Source: the human T2T-CHM13v2.0 reference genome, Homo sapiens
Reading direction: 5' to 3' (one strand)
DNA length: 64,000 nucleotides
NCBI RefSeq assembly: GCF_009914755.1
Contig: NC_060936.1
In this document: positions 13,186 through 25,372 of the stretch, in pieces
Layout of the letters: each line of letters opens with the position of its first letter
Numbering within the stretch: position 1 is the first letter of the stretch
Translations under genes and position numbers: made by a program
The notes under the pieces: generated by a model
Databases searched by the model: none
Told to the model about the DNA's origin: nothing
The model's input: the letters and a program-made list of their open reading frames with translations, nothing else

Positions 13186-16100
13186 CCTACTCTCTTGTGA
13201 TTACCATTTGCATGGGATATCTTTTTCATCCCTTCACTTTCAGCCTATGTGTGTTCTTAAATCTAAAGTAAGTACCTTGTATATAGAATATATTTGGGTC
13301 TGTTTTTTTAACTTTTCAGTCACTATATGTGTTTTCATTGGGAGGTTTACTCAATTTGCATTTAAAGTAATTGTTGATAGGGGAAGATTTATTTTTGCCA
13401 TGTTAGTTGTTTTATGTTAGCCTTGTAATTATTTTGTCTGTCTTTTCCTCTCTTCCTGTCTTCCTTGTGTTTTATTGTTTTTTTGTGTACCAATATACTT
13501 TGATTTTTAAATCTCTGTCTTTTGTGTAACTTTTATAGACTTTTTGGGGTTACCTTGGAGTCTACACAAAATATCTTGTAGTTATAGCAGTCTGTTTTAA
13601 GCTGATAACAACTTCAGTTTAATCACATACAAAAACTTTGCCCTTTATCATCTGTCCCTACACACTTTATTTTTGTGAAAATTGATATCTATTTTATGTT
13701 TTAAAACATATTTTAGTTTGTTATTTTTAATACTTTTCTCTTTTAACTTTTAACTGGAAGTAAAAGTGACTTACTAGCATTACAGTAATACAGTATCATG
13801 TGTTTTTCTTTATATTTGCCTTTGCCAATCAGTTTCATACCTTCTCTTGATATTGTGTTGCTGTTTAGTGTCCTTTTCTTTCAGTTGAAAAACTCTCTTT
13901 AGCATTTCTGGTAAGACAAATCTAGAGGTGATGAACTCCCTCAGCTTTCGTTTGTCTGAGAAAGTCTTTATTACTCCTCCATTTTTGATGGACAGGTTTC
14001 CCAGGTATAGTATTCTTGGTTAGCAGGTTTGTATTATTTTACCACTGTGAATAATTTCACTGCCTTCTGGACTGCAAATTTCTGCTGAAAAACCAGCTGA
14101 TCATCTTATCAGGCATCTTGTCTATCTTACAAGTCGCTGTTCTCTTATTGCTTTGAAAATTCTCTTTTACTTTTGATAATTTAATGATTATGTATTTTTA
14201 TGTGGATTTCATTGGGTTCATCTTACTTAGTTATTTTTGAACCTGGATTCCATTTCCTTTTTCAGGTTGAGAAGGTTTTAGTCATTATTTCTATGAATAA
14301 GTTTTTTCTTTCTTTCTCTTTCTATTCTCCTTTTCTGACTCTCATAATTTGTATAATGGTCAATTTGATGGTGCTACATAAGTTCCTTAGGTTTTCTACA
14401 CTTTTTATTTCTTTGTCTTTTTTTCTCTTCTGACTGAACTACTTCCAATGACTGGTGTTCAAATTAACTGATCTTTTCTTCTGCTTTATCTAGTTTGCTA
14501 TTGAACTCTTATAGTGAATTTTTAAGTTACTGTGTTCTTCAGCTCAATGATTTCTGCTTGGTACCTTTTGATACTTTTTGTGGTTTTGTTGAAATTCTCA
14601 CTGCTCATACATTGTTCTTTTGACTTCAGTGAGCATCTTTATGAGAATTATTTTGAATTCTCCATAAAGTAAATCACATAATTCCATTTCATTAGTGTTA
14701 ATTTCTAGAATGTATTTTGTTCCTCTTTAAAGGAATATCTTTGCCTAATTCTTCATTTTCTTTGACTCTCTGTGTTGTTGCCTCTGCATTAGACAAAGGA
14801 AGGCACCTCTCCCATTCTTCACAGACTAGTCTTGTATAGGAGAAGGTTCCTATCAATCAGCCTTGTTGGAGGTTGTGGGAGATTCTAACAATCCTTTCTC
14901 TTCTCAGGGAGAAGCAGGAAGCTGTGGTTCTTGTCTGCTTGTTTTGTGATGAGCTAGGGGAGTTATAGTGTTCACCACTTCAAATCAATGCTGTCTTTCT
15001 CCCCCAGGCAGCCAGTCTGTGCTGGACCCATCAGAACTACCTGACTGGCAAGATAGGTGCCAATTCTTTGGTCAGCCACAGAGAAGTTGGAGTATTGGAT
15101 GCAAAGATCAACTCTTTCTTTTCCCAGGCGGAAGTTGAGAGCTGGGATTTAAAAAAATCCATTTACTGTCTGCTAGCAAGGGGAAGGATTAATGGCATCT
15201 AGAATTCCAAGCTGCCACCTCCTTTCTTCCAAGGTGGGGCTAGACTGTGCAGACTCATCTGAGCTCCCCGACTGGCAAGGCAGATGTCAGTTGTTTGGGT
15301 ATCTACAGAAAAGTTAGGGCATTAGACACATGGATCAACTCTTTCTCTCCCTAAGGGAAAGCTGAGAGCAGGAAATTTTTTGTCCACACACTCTGCTGAC
15401 CAGGGAGAAGGATCTATAGTGCCTACCAGTCCAACTTGCCATCTTCATTCTCCTTCAAGCAGCTAGACTGTGCTTGTCCTGTCAGAACTCTATCACTGGC
15501 AAGATAGAAACCAGTTCTCTGGGGAGAAACCTCAGAAAAGTTAAGATGTGTGAAGTAACCCCTTCTCTCCCCTAAGAGAAGCTGGGAGCTAGGGGGCCTC
15601 TTTCTAATTGTATTATGCTATGCTGGGAGTGTTCTGAATCTTCTTTTTTCTGTTTTTTAGCCTCTCATAAGCCGTAGCATGTCCTGAATCTTACTGGCTT
15701 CGGTGAGTCTGCTTTTGCATTTGTTTAGGATACAGGAGTCTTTCAATTAGCCTTTGAATTTCTCACAAAGGGAATTTGTCCATGATTGTTACTAAACTGG
15801 TGTTCATGTGTGGGACAGGGGGGAAGCCTGGGGGAAGACCAGGGTTTCCTACTCTGTCATCTTGCTGACTTCACTTCTCCACTCATGTATCTTTCATCAG
15901 CCAGTTTCTTACTGTGTTATGGCTCCACTCTGGTATATCCACCCACCATTCTTCTATGACTCCTTGAACCCTTCAAGCTAAGTCTTCTGGAACTCAGAAC
16001 CTATTATTAGCAAAATATCTTATAGCCTTCTCCAAATGTTGCCTTTATGTATGAATTTGAAGCATGTCTTCCTATTGAGACCTTGACTTGTTTTATGTCT

Positions 16101-16289
16101 CCATTAAGAGGTGACCAGTTTTTTTTTTCTCCCACACTACATTTATCCCTGTTTCTGTAGATAGGATAATGTCATTCTTGCCTCTTCTCAAATACTTGAT
16201 TTTTTTTCTCTCCATAAAAGGCATTAACTACTCTCATGCCATTTGATTTTACCATCTGCTATACCTTTGTTTATTTTTAAATGATGTTT

Positions 16290-16490
16290 AAAAATTACTT
16301 TAGAAATTATTTTAAGCAGAAAAAATTGTGTATATTTACCATGTACAATGTTTTGAAATATATATTCATTGTAGAATGGTTAAGTCAAGCTAATTAACAT
16401 GTACATTACTTCATATAGTTGTCATATGGTTAAACTCTACTCCTTAGCATTTTTCAAGAATACAATATGGTTAACTGTAGCCACCATGTC
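16290..16490 (-). mobile_element. L1MA 3' fragment
   Basis: aagctaattaacatgtacattacttcatatagtt...ttagcatttttcaagaatacaata. Confidence 0.6.
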
Positions 16491-17058
16491 TCTTTCTATT
16501 AAAATAATCTATAGGATGCAGGTTACTCCCCTTTTATTCTTTGAAGATTTTAACCCTTGAGTCACTGCATCCTCACCACTGTTACTTTTATCTTTAAACT
16601 TATTAATTTTATTATCCATGTTTGTAGATGGTTTATCTAAATCCTTCACTCTCATCTCTTTATTTTTTTAATCCATATAATAATCTTATCCTAAAATGCA
16701 CTTTAATTATCAATTCTCTAGATATTAGTTTTTCCTATAACAGCACTTCTCCTCATCTCAAACATCTCTTCTGATGTCTCTTCTTCTAATCTTCTGACCC
16801 TTCCAGTCCAGTTATATTACCACGTTTATATTATCTATCATCCCCTTATGTTCTCACCTTCCACCTTTCTCAACTGAATTTTCATTCAATTTCTTTACCT
16901 GCAACCTCCACTCTGCTTTCCTACTAGAATGCTAACCTATTAGAATCCAACCTTTGCACCAAAATTAAACAGAAAGAATATAACTCATCATGTGAACATG
17001 TTATTAATGTCTGATGAATGAATGATGCAACAAGTGATAGTTTGACCAGAAGTACATA

Positions 17059-17064
17059 TTTATT
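17059..17064 (-). terminator. PZP: PZP polyadenylation signal AATAAA
   Basis: tttatt on the + strand, about 105 nt downstream of the stop codon. Confidence 0.85.
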
Positions 17065-17169
17065 CAGCAAATATTTTTAGTGTCTATTTTATAGAGACAA
17101 ATAACTCCATTCCTTCTAAGTAAATGTATAGGACAGAGAATCCACCAAAATATACAGCCTGTATGGTCC

Positions 17170-17192
17170 TCAAACATTTCCATGCTCTGTAT
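17170..17192 (-). CDS. PZP: PZP exon 36, coding part (DTEHGNV*)
   Basis: AG at 17193-94; TGA at 17170-72; followed by a ~130-nt 3'UTR. Confidence 0.92.
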
Positions 17193-17276
17193 CTATGGAG
17201 AAAAGAAAAACGTAAGGAGGTTGTATCATTTCCTGAGGAGCATTCAGTTGAGTGTGGGCAGCAGAGTGAGCTTATG

Positions 17277-17480
17277 CAGGGTCAGGAAACTTTGTGAAAG
17301 GCCAGATGGTAATTATTTTAGGTTTATATGCCATGTGGTCTGTCATGACTAATCAGCACACAAAGGCAGCCATAGCCAATGTTAATAATAAGTGTGGCCA
17401 TGTGCCAATAAAGCTTCATTTACAAAATTAAGTGTAAGGCTAGATTTGGTTTTAGGTGTGTGATTAGTTGACCATTGTGT
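17277..17480. mobile_element. MER58A-like hAT DNA transposon
   Basis: cagggtcaggaaactttgtgaaaggccagatggtaattattttagg...ccaataaagcttcatttacaaaa. Confidence 0.65.
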
Positions 17481-17758
17481 TGAAGGAAGCCCAATTAGCT
17501 GTGAAGTGAAATGTCGCTTTTAGAGATAGCTGTCCTACAAATAAACAAAGCTTATTGACTTTTCTGGGAGTGAATATCTGAAATTGGAGAGTCCGCTACA
17601 GAATAGGCATGCTACGCCACAGTTTTGTCTTGGTGTGAGGACATGCCATGTGGATTGTCTCAGATGTAGGAAAAGCCTTGTAGAGAATTTAAATTGCAGG
17701 GGCCCTTGGAGAGTGGGTTAATGCCATCTAGTACTGGTCATAAGTGGTGAACTCTTAC

Positions 17759-17800
17759 CTGTGCTGCAGGGGGCGATATACTCAGCAACCACAGACTCAT
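17759..17800 (-). CDS. PZP: PZP exon 35 (DESVVAEYIAPCST)
   Basis: AG at 17801-02, GT at 17757-58; 42 bp. Confidence 0.93.
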
Positions 17801-18441
17801 CTGAAAGATAACGTTGGGTGAAGGAAGAAACGAAAGATCTATGAACTAGGGACCATGCTAAATCTGTCTAGTCACTTTACTACTGGAGAAAAGCACGCCC
17901 TATCAGAATTGTCAAAACTTCATGTAAATAGACAAGAATTAAACAGGATCATTAACATATTTATATTCTCTTTCCCTGAGACTGGAGATGGGGACTGAAG
18001 CCTGTTCAGATGGCAGCTGTTCAAATTTTAAATTCTTGGGAAGATGATCATAATTGCACTAACCTGTAGTTCTCTCTTCCATGACCTCTCTGCTTCTATT
18101 CACTTTGTTCAGCTTGCTCCCTTAATTACTTTTCAAAGATTATTGTTCCAGCTTGAAACACTCCTCCTACTTCTATAGACCCCCAAAACTCCACTCATCC
18201 TCTAGGATCCAAATCAGATCTTTCTTCCTGTTTGTTCTTCCTGAGCACCAGCCTTCTGTGCTGTTTTTGCCTCTCAAACTTATTGCTTAGCTCACTAACA
18301 CTCATTTGTCACTAATAGTCTTTCCTGTTATGTAATATTTTTATCTGTATTATGTTATCTATGTCTCTAAACTACTTGAAAGCAGTGACTATATATTATC
18401 ATTCTTTTTAATTCTTAAGTTTCTGACTCAAGAAACACTAA

Positions 18442-18712
<271 letters not shown>

Positions 18713-18841
18713 TAGTGTACATCTTGGAGGAAAGAAACAAAAGATTAATGTTGACTAAGTGGGCTAAGAAGAGGATCAACTGTCACAACAGGATCCATTT
18801 CTTGGCTCTGGTTAAGATTGTTTCATTTTTCTTTCACTCAC

Positions 18842-18944
18842 CTGTCTCATAGTAATCATAGACTTTAACAATTGCTGGCTTCAAGTCTCCTACTGGGATG
18901 TCTTGCAGAACCATGAAGGAAAAACTTAGCGTCTGATTTGTCAC
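18842..18944 (-). CDS. PZP: PZP exon 34 ([10 protein letters not shown]...KVYDYYET)
   Basis: AG at 18945-46, GT at 18840-41; 103 bp; KVYDYY motif. Confidence 0.94.
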
Positions 18945-19801
18945 CTGAAAGGAAAAGTGGGAGTAATCAAGAACCTAGAAAACCTCCTTCTTTCTCCCAT
19001 GAGCAAAACATATTCTTATTGTTCTTTGACTCTTTTTCACCAGTGTCTTTAGGTGACCAGACATTTGTGGATGTCAAGATGGGTTTTAGAATGCATCCTT
19101 GGGAACTCTATTTACAGTCAACAAATTTTCACAGATTTTCTTCTAAACAACTGAGCCAACCCTATTCTTTTGTAGTCCCTTGTTATGAGATTAACTCTCT
19201 GGGCCCATGTGAATGTGTTCTAAGCTGGAGAAACATGGTTTCATACAATCTGTAATTAAAACAACGAAGTATTCTTTCTGTTTGGATACATAAAACATTT
19301 TCTTTGTTTTATGGTCATATTTGATAATATTCATAAAATCCTCATTTTATTTTATGGTGACATTTTAGAATGTTAACATTATCATTAGGCAACCACTGGG
19401 GTCATATTTATTCATTTTGTGGAGGTGGTCTTTAAAATAACAGGAATGCATGATAACCTTTAGTCCTATTGATTTATCACTTCAAGTTTAATATTTATTC
19501 ATATCGTCAGGGAGTGGGGCCTTTAAAACAACAGGAATACATGGTACACCTTTTTTCTATTGATTTTGTACTTTAAATTTCATAGAAATATTCATATTCC
19601 AATTTTAACACAATTAAAAATAGAACAGAACACTACATGGAGTTCAAAGGTTTCCCCTCTTATTCTTCTTGGAATAGATAAACCTTTCTGGAAGGGCATT
19701 ACTAATGATTGTTTTCCTCATGTTACCGACTATTCTAGTAAAGAGACTCACTTAGAAAGACGACCCATATGTAGTCTCAGCCAGGATGTCAGAGCCCTCA
19801 C

Positions 19802-19870
19802 CTGTTCCACATAAATGAGGACATGGTTGTTGCTCACTTCTGTCCGGCTCACAGAGCTAGATCTTTCAAG
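19802..19870 (-). CDS. PZP: PZP exon 33 (LERSSSVSRTEVSNNHVLIYVEQ)
   Basis: AG at 19871-72, GT at 19800-01; 69 bp. Confidence 0.94.
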
Positions 19871-20417
19871 CTGGAGAGAATTAGAAAACTTCAGTTAAAG
19901 TTAGAGAACAGATGTGAGAATGGTGTGAGATCTAGAGCAGATTGTAATAAGGGACAAATGGTCATTCTCTGAAGAGAAGAAAGCTAATTGTTTTCAGGTC
20001 AGGAGTTCCACAATTCTTCAATATCCAAGTAACACATTAGAGCCTCTGGCATCTTTGATAATTTTAGTTCACGTTGATTTTTTTTCCTTCCCAAATTTTT
20101 AGTGCATATCAGTCAGTTTGGGATTTAAACCATATCCTATCTTTCTTGGGTGGTTTTATTGTTTTGTGCCCATGTGCTTTAAATTCCTGACTAAACTATG
20201 AGTGGCCTAAGGATAGGTACTCCTTGTGCATTTCTCTGGTATCACATATGTCCCTTAGCTTACGGCCAACTAAATAGTTCATTTACTTCCTGGGTTTGGG
20301 AAAAATATTTTTTTGAGGCAGGATGATGTTGACATGGTTTTGATATTGGTATGGTCTTAGTTTGGGGATACAGAACATACTTTTGTATGAAGTCTATTAG
20401 GATTAAAATACACCTAC

Positions 20418-20508
20418 CATTTTTACTGTTGGTTTCAGGGGAATAAAACCAGATACCATCTTTACATCAACAATCACCATATTGGAAGCAGGACGGTTTC
20501 CTGTGTAA
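20418..20508 (-). CDS. PZP: PZP exon 32 ([30 protein letters not shown])
   Basis: AG at 20509-10, GT at 20416-17; 91 bp. Confidence 0.94.
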
Positions 20509-21021
20509 CTGTAGTGTCAAAGGAAAAAGAATTTAGGGTTTTATACGTGAAAGAAAGCCAAATTTCTGCTTTCAAGCATCACTTTAAGCCTGTCTGTCTT
20601 CAAGAAGTTGTCCCTAATATTCTACAAAGGTCTGTGTTCCCTGGACTTGTGCAACACTGACATTGGACACATGCATATACATCAGATCTACCACTTGCTA
20701 AAATTACAGATGTTTAAGCATCACCCCAAAACTATCAAATCAAAATCTTTGGTAGTGAATCTTGCTAATTGGCATTTTTAACATATCTATGGTTTTTGCA
20801 CACCTCACTATACAGTTCATTTGTTATTTAGTATATATTACTTTTATATTTTTAGTAGAGAAAGGATCACGTCATAATGATAAAAGCCTAAATTCATTTA
20901 TAGATATATCAATTCTAAATTATATTAATCTAATAACATAGCTTCCAAATGGACTATTAATTTCTGTTAATTCCAAGTTGCTTTTGGGCCAAAGATAGGT
21001 GATTAGGTTAGAACGTCTTAC

Positions 21022-21149
21022 CTGATGGTCAGTGAGATCTGAAAGCTGGTGTGGGCTTTGTGTCCATCGCAAGTCTGGGGCACAGTCTGCACTTTTAAAG
21101 CAAATGGGGAGTCCTCTTTCTCTGGAAGAATATTGTATTTCATGGATGT
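21022..21149 (-). CDS. PZP: PZP exon 31 ([16 protein letters not shown]...FQISLTIS)
   Basis: AG at 21150-51, GT at 21020-21; 128 bp. Confidence 0.93.
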
Positions 21150-21322
21150 CTGTGAAACAGCAAAGACACTATCAGTTTCTCTCTTTTTCTGGACCCCTCA
21201 CTTCCTCATTACTTAACGTCTCCAGAGGTGCCTTTTACTTTCCCAGGAAGGAAGGAACAGAGTTTCCATTTCAATTGGCAAGTTTAAAGTTGACTCTCAC
21301 CCATATAAGCTTGGAGCCCTAC

Positions 21323-21541
21323 CTGAAGATACACACATCTTTCCCCAGTTACTGTTATGACATATTCTCCAGGGAGCTCTGGCAATGAGATCTGCTGCAG
21401 TAATAGGAGGTTGTTGTTGTCTACTTGGAAATTTGTAGAAAAGGTCTGTGAATCCTGAACGGTGACCTGTGCAGTTTTCTCAGTTCTGGTGAAAGTGGCT
21501 GCTCCATACCTGGACAGGGCATGGAGAGCCACCACTGTGTC
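21323..21541 (-). CDS. PZP: PZP exon 30 ([12 protein letters not shown]...GERCVYLQ)
   Basis: AG at 21542-43, GT at 21321-22; 219 bp. Confidence 0.94.
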
Positions 21542-22361
21542 CTGGAAGAGACGAGTGGACAACCGCCCCAAAGAGTAAATTTTTGGCATCTGGGATTTTC
21601 CCCCAAAGTCTGTGTTAGCCTACCATGAGGGAAGCTGGCTTTTTACCCCTAAGGTAGATCTTCACTAATTACCTTTCCTTTTTCTCTGCCTTTCAGACAT
21701 TATCAAAATCATGCTGCAGTTTCTCCAAATGAAATAAAAGGCTAATAATGTTTATTAATGTCACTGTTTATTTTCATTGACAGTCCTTTTGGATATGTCC
21801 TTCAAAGAATAGGTCTAAAACTAAGAAGTTAAGACAAAAATAGTGACCATTTTTAAGTAGATGATTGACCAGTTAGATGGAAGAGTGATAAAAATTTACT
21901 GTACATGAAAATGGTATGAGACAAGTTGCACTTTCTTGAGTTTCTTTTTACCTTCATCTAGCTTGTTTTTATTTACCCCACCTAATCTCTCTGAAAAACA
22001 AAAGTTTCACTATGGAGATCCTAACTGTTGAAAGAAGACATGTAGGAGGGAAAAGCCAGACACTCTGGGTGTTTAATACAATCATTTATACTCTCGATAA
22101 AATACTTTTAGAATTATGCTAGAAAAATACATTTTCAAGAGCTTCAGCTTAAAAAAGATCAACTTAAAGAGAAAGTAAGAAGAGCACTCTCAGGGAAAGT
22201 AGAAAGGAATGAAGAAGCTGAGTTCCTTGGAGTAGTTGAAATGGAACTTCTCATTCCAAAAAGATCAAAGTGGATTCTACTTAGTCACTGTACTTTTAAT
22301 CACACATTTTTTGGGGAATACATCTTAGAGGATTTCTTGTTAGATTCTGAAGATGTCTGGA

Positions 22362-22548
22362 ACATTGGTTCCCAACTGGAGGAAATTTTTTCTTGTTTCA
22401 ACTGGAAGTGACGTGCTACTGGCATCTAATGGGGAGAGGCCAGGGATACTATTGAATATTTTATAAGGCTGAGGATAGTTCCTTTTACAACGATGATGTG
22501 GCTCGAAATGTCAATAGTGTTGATGCTGAAAAACTCTGGTCTAGAATG
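22362..22548. mobile_element. MER20-like DNA transposon
   Basis: ctactggcatctaatggggagaggccagggatactatt...aaatgtcaatagtg core. Confidence 0.65.
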
Positions 22549-22813
22549 TGTCCAATGACCATAGCGTGGCTTTAGAGGGTAAAGATGCTCGTTGTAAGTC
22601 TCCATGTTGCTAATATATTAACATAGGGCTTAGTGAAAAGTGTTATGGGGGATGTCTTAAGTCTTTCCTTTAAATTCTCATGGTCCTCAAATATTCCTAA
22701 ATACTTCTTCAATGATTTAATAATTGCCTTCTCTTTTCCATTAACTGTTCTACTTTTAAGCCTCCCAATTGCCAAGTGAACCTGGAGCAGAAGACTCTTT
22801 GGGAACCACTGAC

Positions 22814-23037
22814 CTGGGTGGAGGAGAAACCACCTTGGGCGTTCTGCTGCTTCATGATCCACTTCACAATGTTAGTTGCAGAGGTCAGGTCCCCTGAGGT
22901 GGGGGCTGGCTGGGCCGTGAGATAAGCGAGGAGCACATAGGATGTCATCTCCACCTCAGCAGAGGGAGCCTGGGGTTGGTAAAGATGCCCCACTGGTGCC
23001 TTGGGTCTCTGAGGGCGCTCCCAATGGACGAGGTTGT
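22814..23037 (-). CDS. PZP: PZP exon 29 ([10 protein letters not shown]...[12 protein letters not shown])
   Basis: AG at 23038-39, GT at 22812-13; 224 bp. Confidence 0.94.
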
Positions 23038-23666
23038 CTTAAGGGTGAGAAAAAGGAGATAATTGTAACTCATCAATAAGTAATTATAACTGGTAGATAA
23101 GAGAATGCACATTCATAATACATGGAGCTGAAAATAATACAGGAGAAGCAAGGTCTTCTATGTCATAAACTCCTAAAACTCACTAACTCACACTTCTATG
23201 CTGAACTTGATTTAGTCCTGTGGTACGAAGGTAGGGTAGGTTGATGGAGGAAGAAGCATAGAGCATACTCACCAATCTCTCCAATGTTATTTTAGTTGGA
23301 CTGATGAAAGAGAAAAGTGGTAGAGAGAGTTCTTTTATTGTTCGTGATATTTTCTGAGAATTGCAGTATAGACTAGAATATAAAACTTAACTATTGACCT
23401 CATGTGACTTTTGTGATGCTCTCTCTGGCAAATAGAGATAAAAATAGTTTGAAAATGTTATTGCATTTTCTGTTTGTTGTACCTCTTTTCTTTCTTTTTT
23501 TTTCTCTCCAACTGAATCAGTCCCTTTTTGTTGTTTTGTAACCTCTTCCAGAGTTAACTACTTCCATTGTAGGTGATGAAATGTATAAGGCACCACTTCA
23601 AATGTTGGCACTGCTATAAGCATGTTCTTTCCTGCTAATTCAACTCAGAATTAAAACTTTTGATTC

Positions 23667-23712
23667 TTGTTTTGTTTTTTGTTGTTGTTATTGTTGTTGT
23701 TGTTGTTGTTTT
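23667..23712. repeat. (TTG)n microsatellite inside the TPT1 retrocopy 3'UTR
   Basis: ttgttgttg tract. Confidence 0.85.
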
Positions 23713-24201
23713 TGTACTCCATACTCAGAAATAGTTTCCACTGTAGAAGTTATCTCATGGCAGTTGTGTTCTTTCTAGTAGTGGTCTACAACCAGACTCT
23801 AGTTTCTCCAAGAACACTACAAGATAGATTGAGTTTAAATATGTACTAAACTAAATGACACTCTTTCAAATGAGTTTGAATGCATTTTGTTTTTAGACAA
23901 CCTCTATGACATTTTTTCCTTAAAAACAATGCCTCTGCTCCAAATAAATCATGGTCAAAATAAATGAAGATCTCAAGATGACATCAGTTCTACTTGTCTA
24001 AGTCCTGGTGTTGTATGGATGACAAGCAGAAGCCAGTTATGACAGGTGATACATCCAAAGTAACTGCCAAATTTGTTAACATTTTTCCATTTCTAAACCA
24101 TGGAAAATCATCTATGGAGTCACACCATCCTCATGGTAGTCCAGCAGAGGCACCATGCCATATGGGTTCATGTTTTCACCAATAAAGAACTGGTAGTTTT
24201 T

Positions 24202-24234
24202 ATTGCTTCTTGACCTTTTGGCTAAGATCAAATG
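24202..24234 (+). pseudogene. 3'-truncated (tailless) U2 snRNA retrocopy, about nt 1-33
   Basis: ATTGCTTCTTGACCTTTTGGCTAAGATCAAATG versus U2 ATCGCTTCTCGGCCTTTTGGCTAAGATCAAGTG; 17-bp TSD aagaactggtagttt(t/c)t (24185-201 / 24235-51). Confidence 0.88.
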
Positions 24235-25081
24235 AAGAACTGGTAGTTTCTGAGATTAGAAAGAGTGTGCTTGATTTGTTCTGCAGCTCCTGTTATAAAA
24301 GGTTTTACTGTTTCTGGTCTCTGTTCTTTAAGTTTGTCTTTGATTTTATGTCAGCTTTGATGTACTTCTTGTAGGCTTCTTTTGTGAAGTCAGTTCCTGC
24401 AAGTGATTGTTCATGACAATATCAACACCAATGATTACTCTGCTTCCAGTACCTTCGCTTTGGGAAACTTCAGTGAAGGCATCTCCACCAATAAGCGAGT
24501 CATCAATGTCACCCTTTGTCCTACTGACCATCTTCCCCTCCACCTCCAGGCACAGTCCTTCCTCCATCTCTGGATCTTGTAAATGTCAGAGAACATCTCA
24601 GCGTGGCTGATGAGATCCTGGTAGATAATTATGATGGTAGCTGAAAGGAGACTATAGCAGCACTAGCTTAGGAGAAGCCCAGAGCATGAAGTGAGCATGG
24701 TGCAGCCAGGACGGCATTGGGTGGGAATTTAGGGGGTATGGAAGAGCTGTTGTACCTCTTTTCATTCAAGTAAGTAGAGAGAAATCATGAGAAAATGAAT
24801 CTATTTGTCTATTATATTGGTTTTAGCAAGTAGAAATAAAACTGCATTATTTATCTGCAGCATTATGTCTATTATGTTCTGCTCTGTGTAACATATGCAA
24901 TCCCAGAGAAGACAGTTTTATAAGAGGTGCTCTGATCTCACAATGTATGACTTGGCTAAGGAATTACAGATGAAGCTTGTGGATTTCAGAAGGAATATAT
25001 TTCTTCTTTTTGTAGAATCAGTGTAAATGGAAATGGAAATTTGGTACCATTTGCTGTTTGCTCTCACCTTTTTTTGCACAG

Positions 25082-25365
25082 TTTTTAAAAAAACTTTTAT
25101 TATTTATCTATTTATTTATTTATTTTTTAAATTTTATTTTATTTTAAGTTCTGGGGTACATGTGCAGGATGTGCAGGTTTGTTACATAGGTGTGCCATGG
25201 TGGTTTGCTGCATGTATCAGCCCATCACCTGGTTATTAGGTCCCCCATGCATTAGCTATCTATCCTGATGCTCTCCCTCTCCGCACCTCCCAGACAGGCC
25301 CCAATGTGTGCTGTTCCCCTCCCTGTGTCTATGTGTTCTCATTGTTCAGCTCCCACTTATAAGTG
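25082..25365 (-). mobile_element. 5'-truncated L1PA 3'UTR fragment abutting the exon 28 donor
   Basis: Standard L1PA 3' end plus A-rich tail; TSD overlaps the exon 28 end and donor. Confidence 0.88.
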
Positions 25366-25372
25366 CTCTCAC

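Larger units (their letters stand above)
2581..15880 (-). mobile_element. Near full-length old LINE-1 (L1MA8/9-like), interrupted by the BTG1 retrocopy and the provirus
   Basis: L1MA-type 3' end at 2581-2948 resuming at 4692; minus-strand ORF2 RT/EN fragments (5628-7865); resumes at 13186; L1M 5' terminus (GAAGTGAAGTCAGCAAGATGACAGAGTAGGAA on -) ending near 15880. Confidence 0.85.
23491..24747 (-). pseudogene. TPT1P12: Full-length processed TPT1 (TCTP) pseudogene in PZP intron 28 (probably TPT1P12)
   Basis: [23 protein letters not shown]...GVDIVMN.HLQE; ATG>ATA at 24630-32; frameshifts; poly(A) at 23491-503; exact 16-bp TSD tgttgtacctcttttc (23475-90 / 24748-63). Confidence 0.92.

Noticed and set aside
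23504-23666. Apparent 3' transduction beyond a (TTG)n pseudo-tail of the TPT1 copy
   Set aside because: The segment matches my recollection of the distal TPT1 3'UTR; the microsatellite is an expanded internal A-tract.
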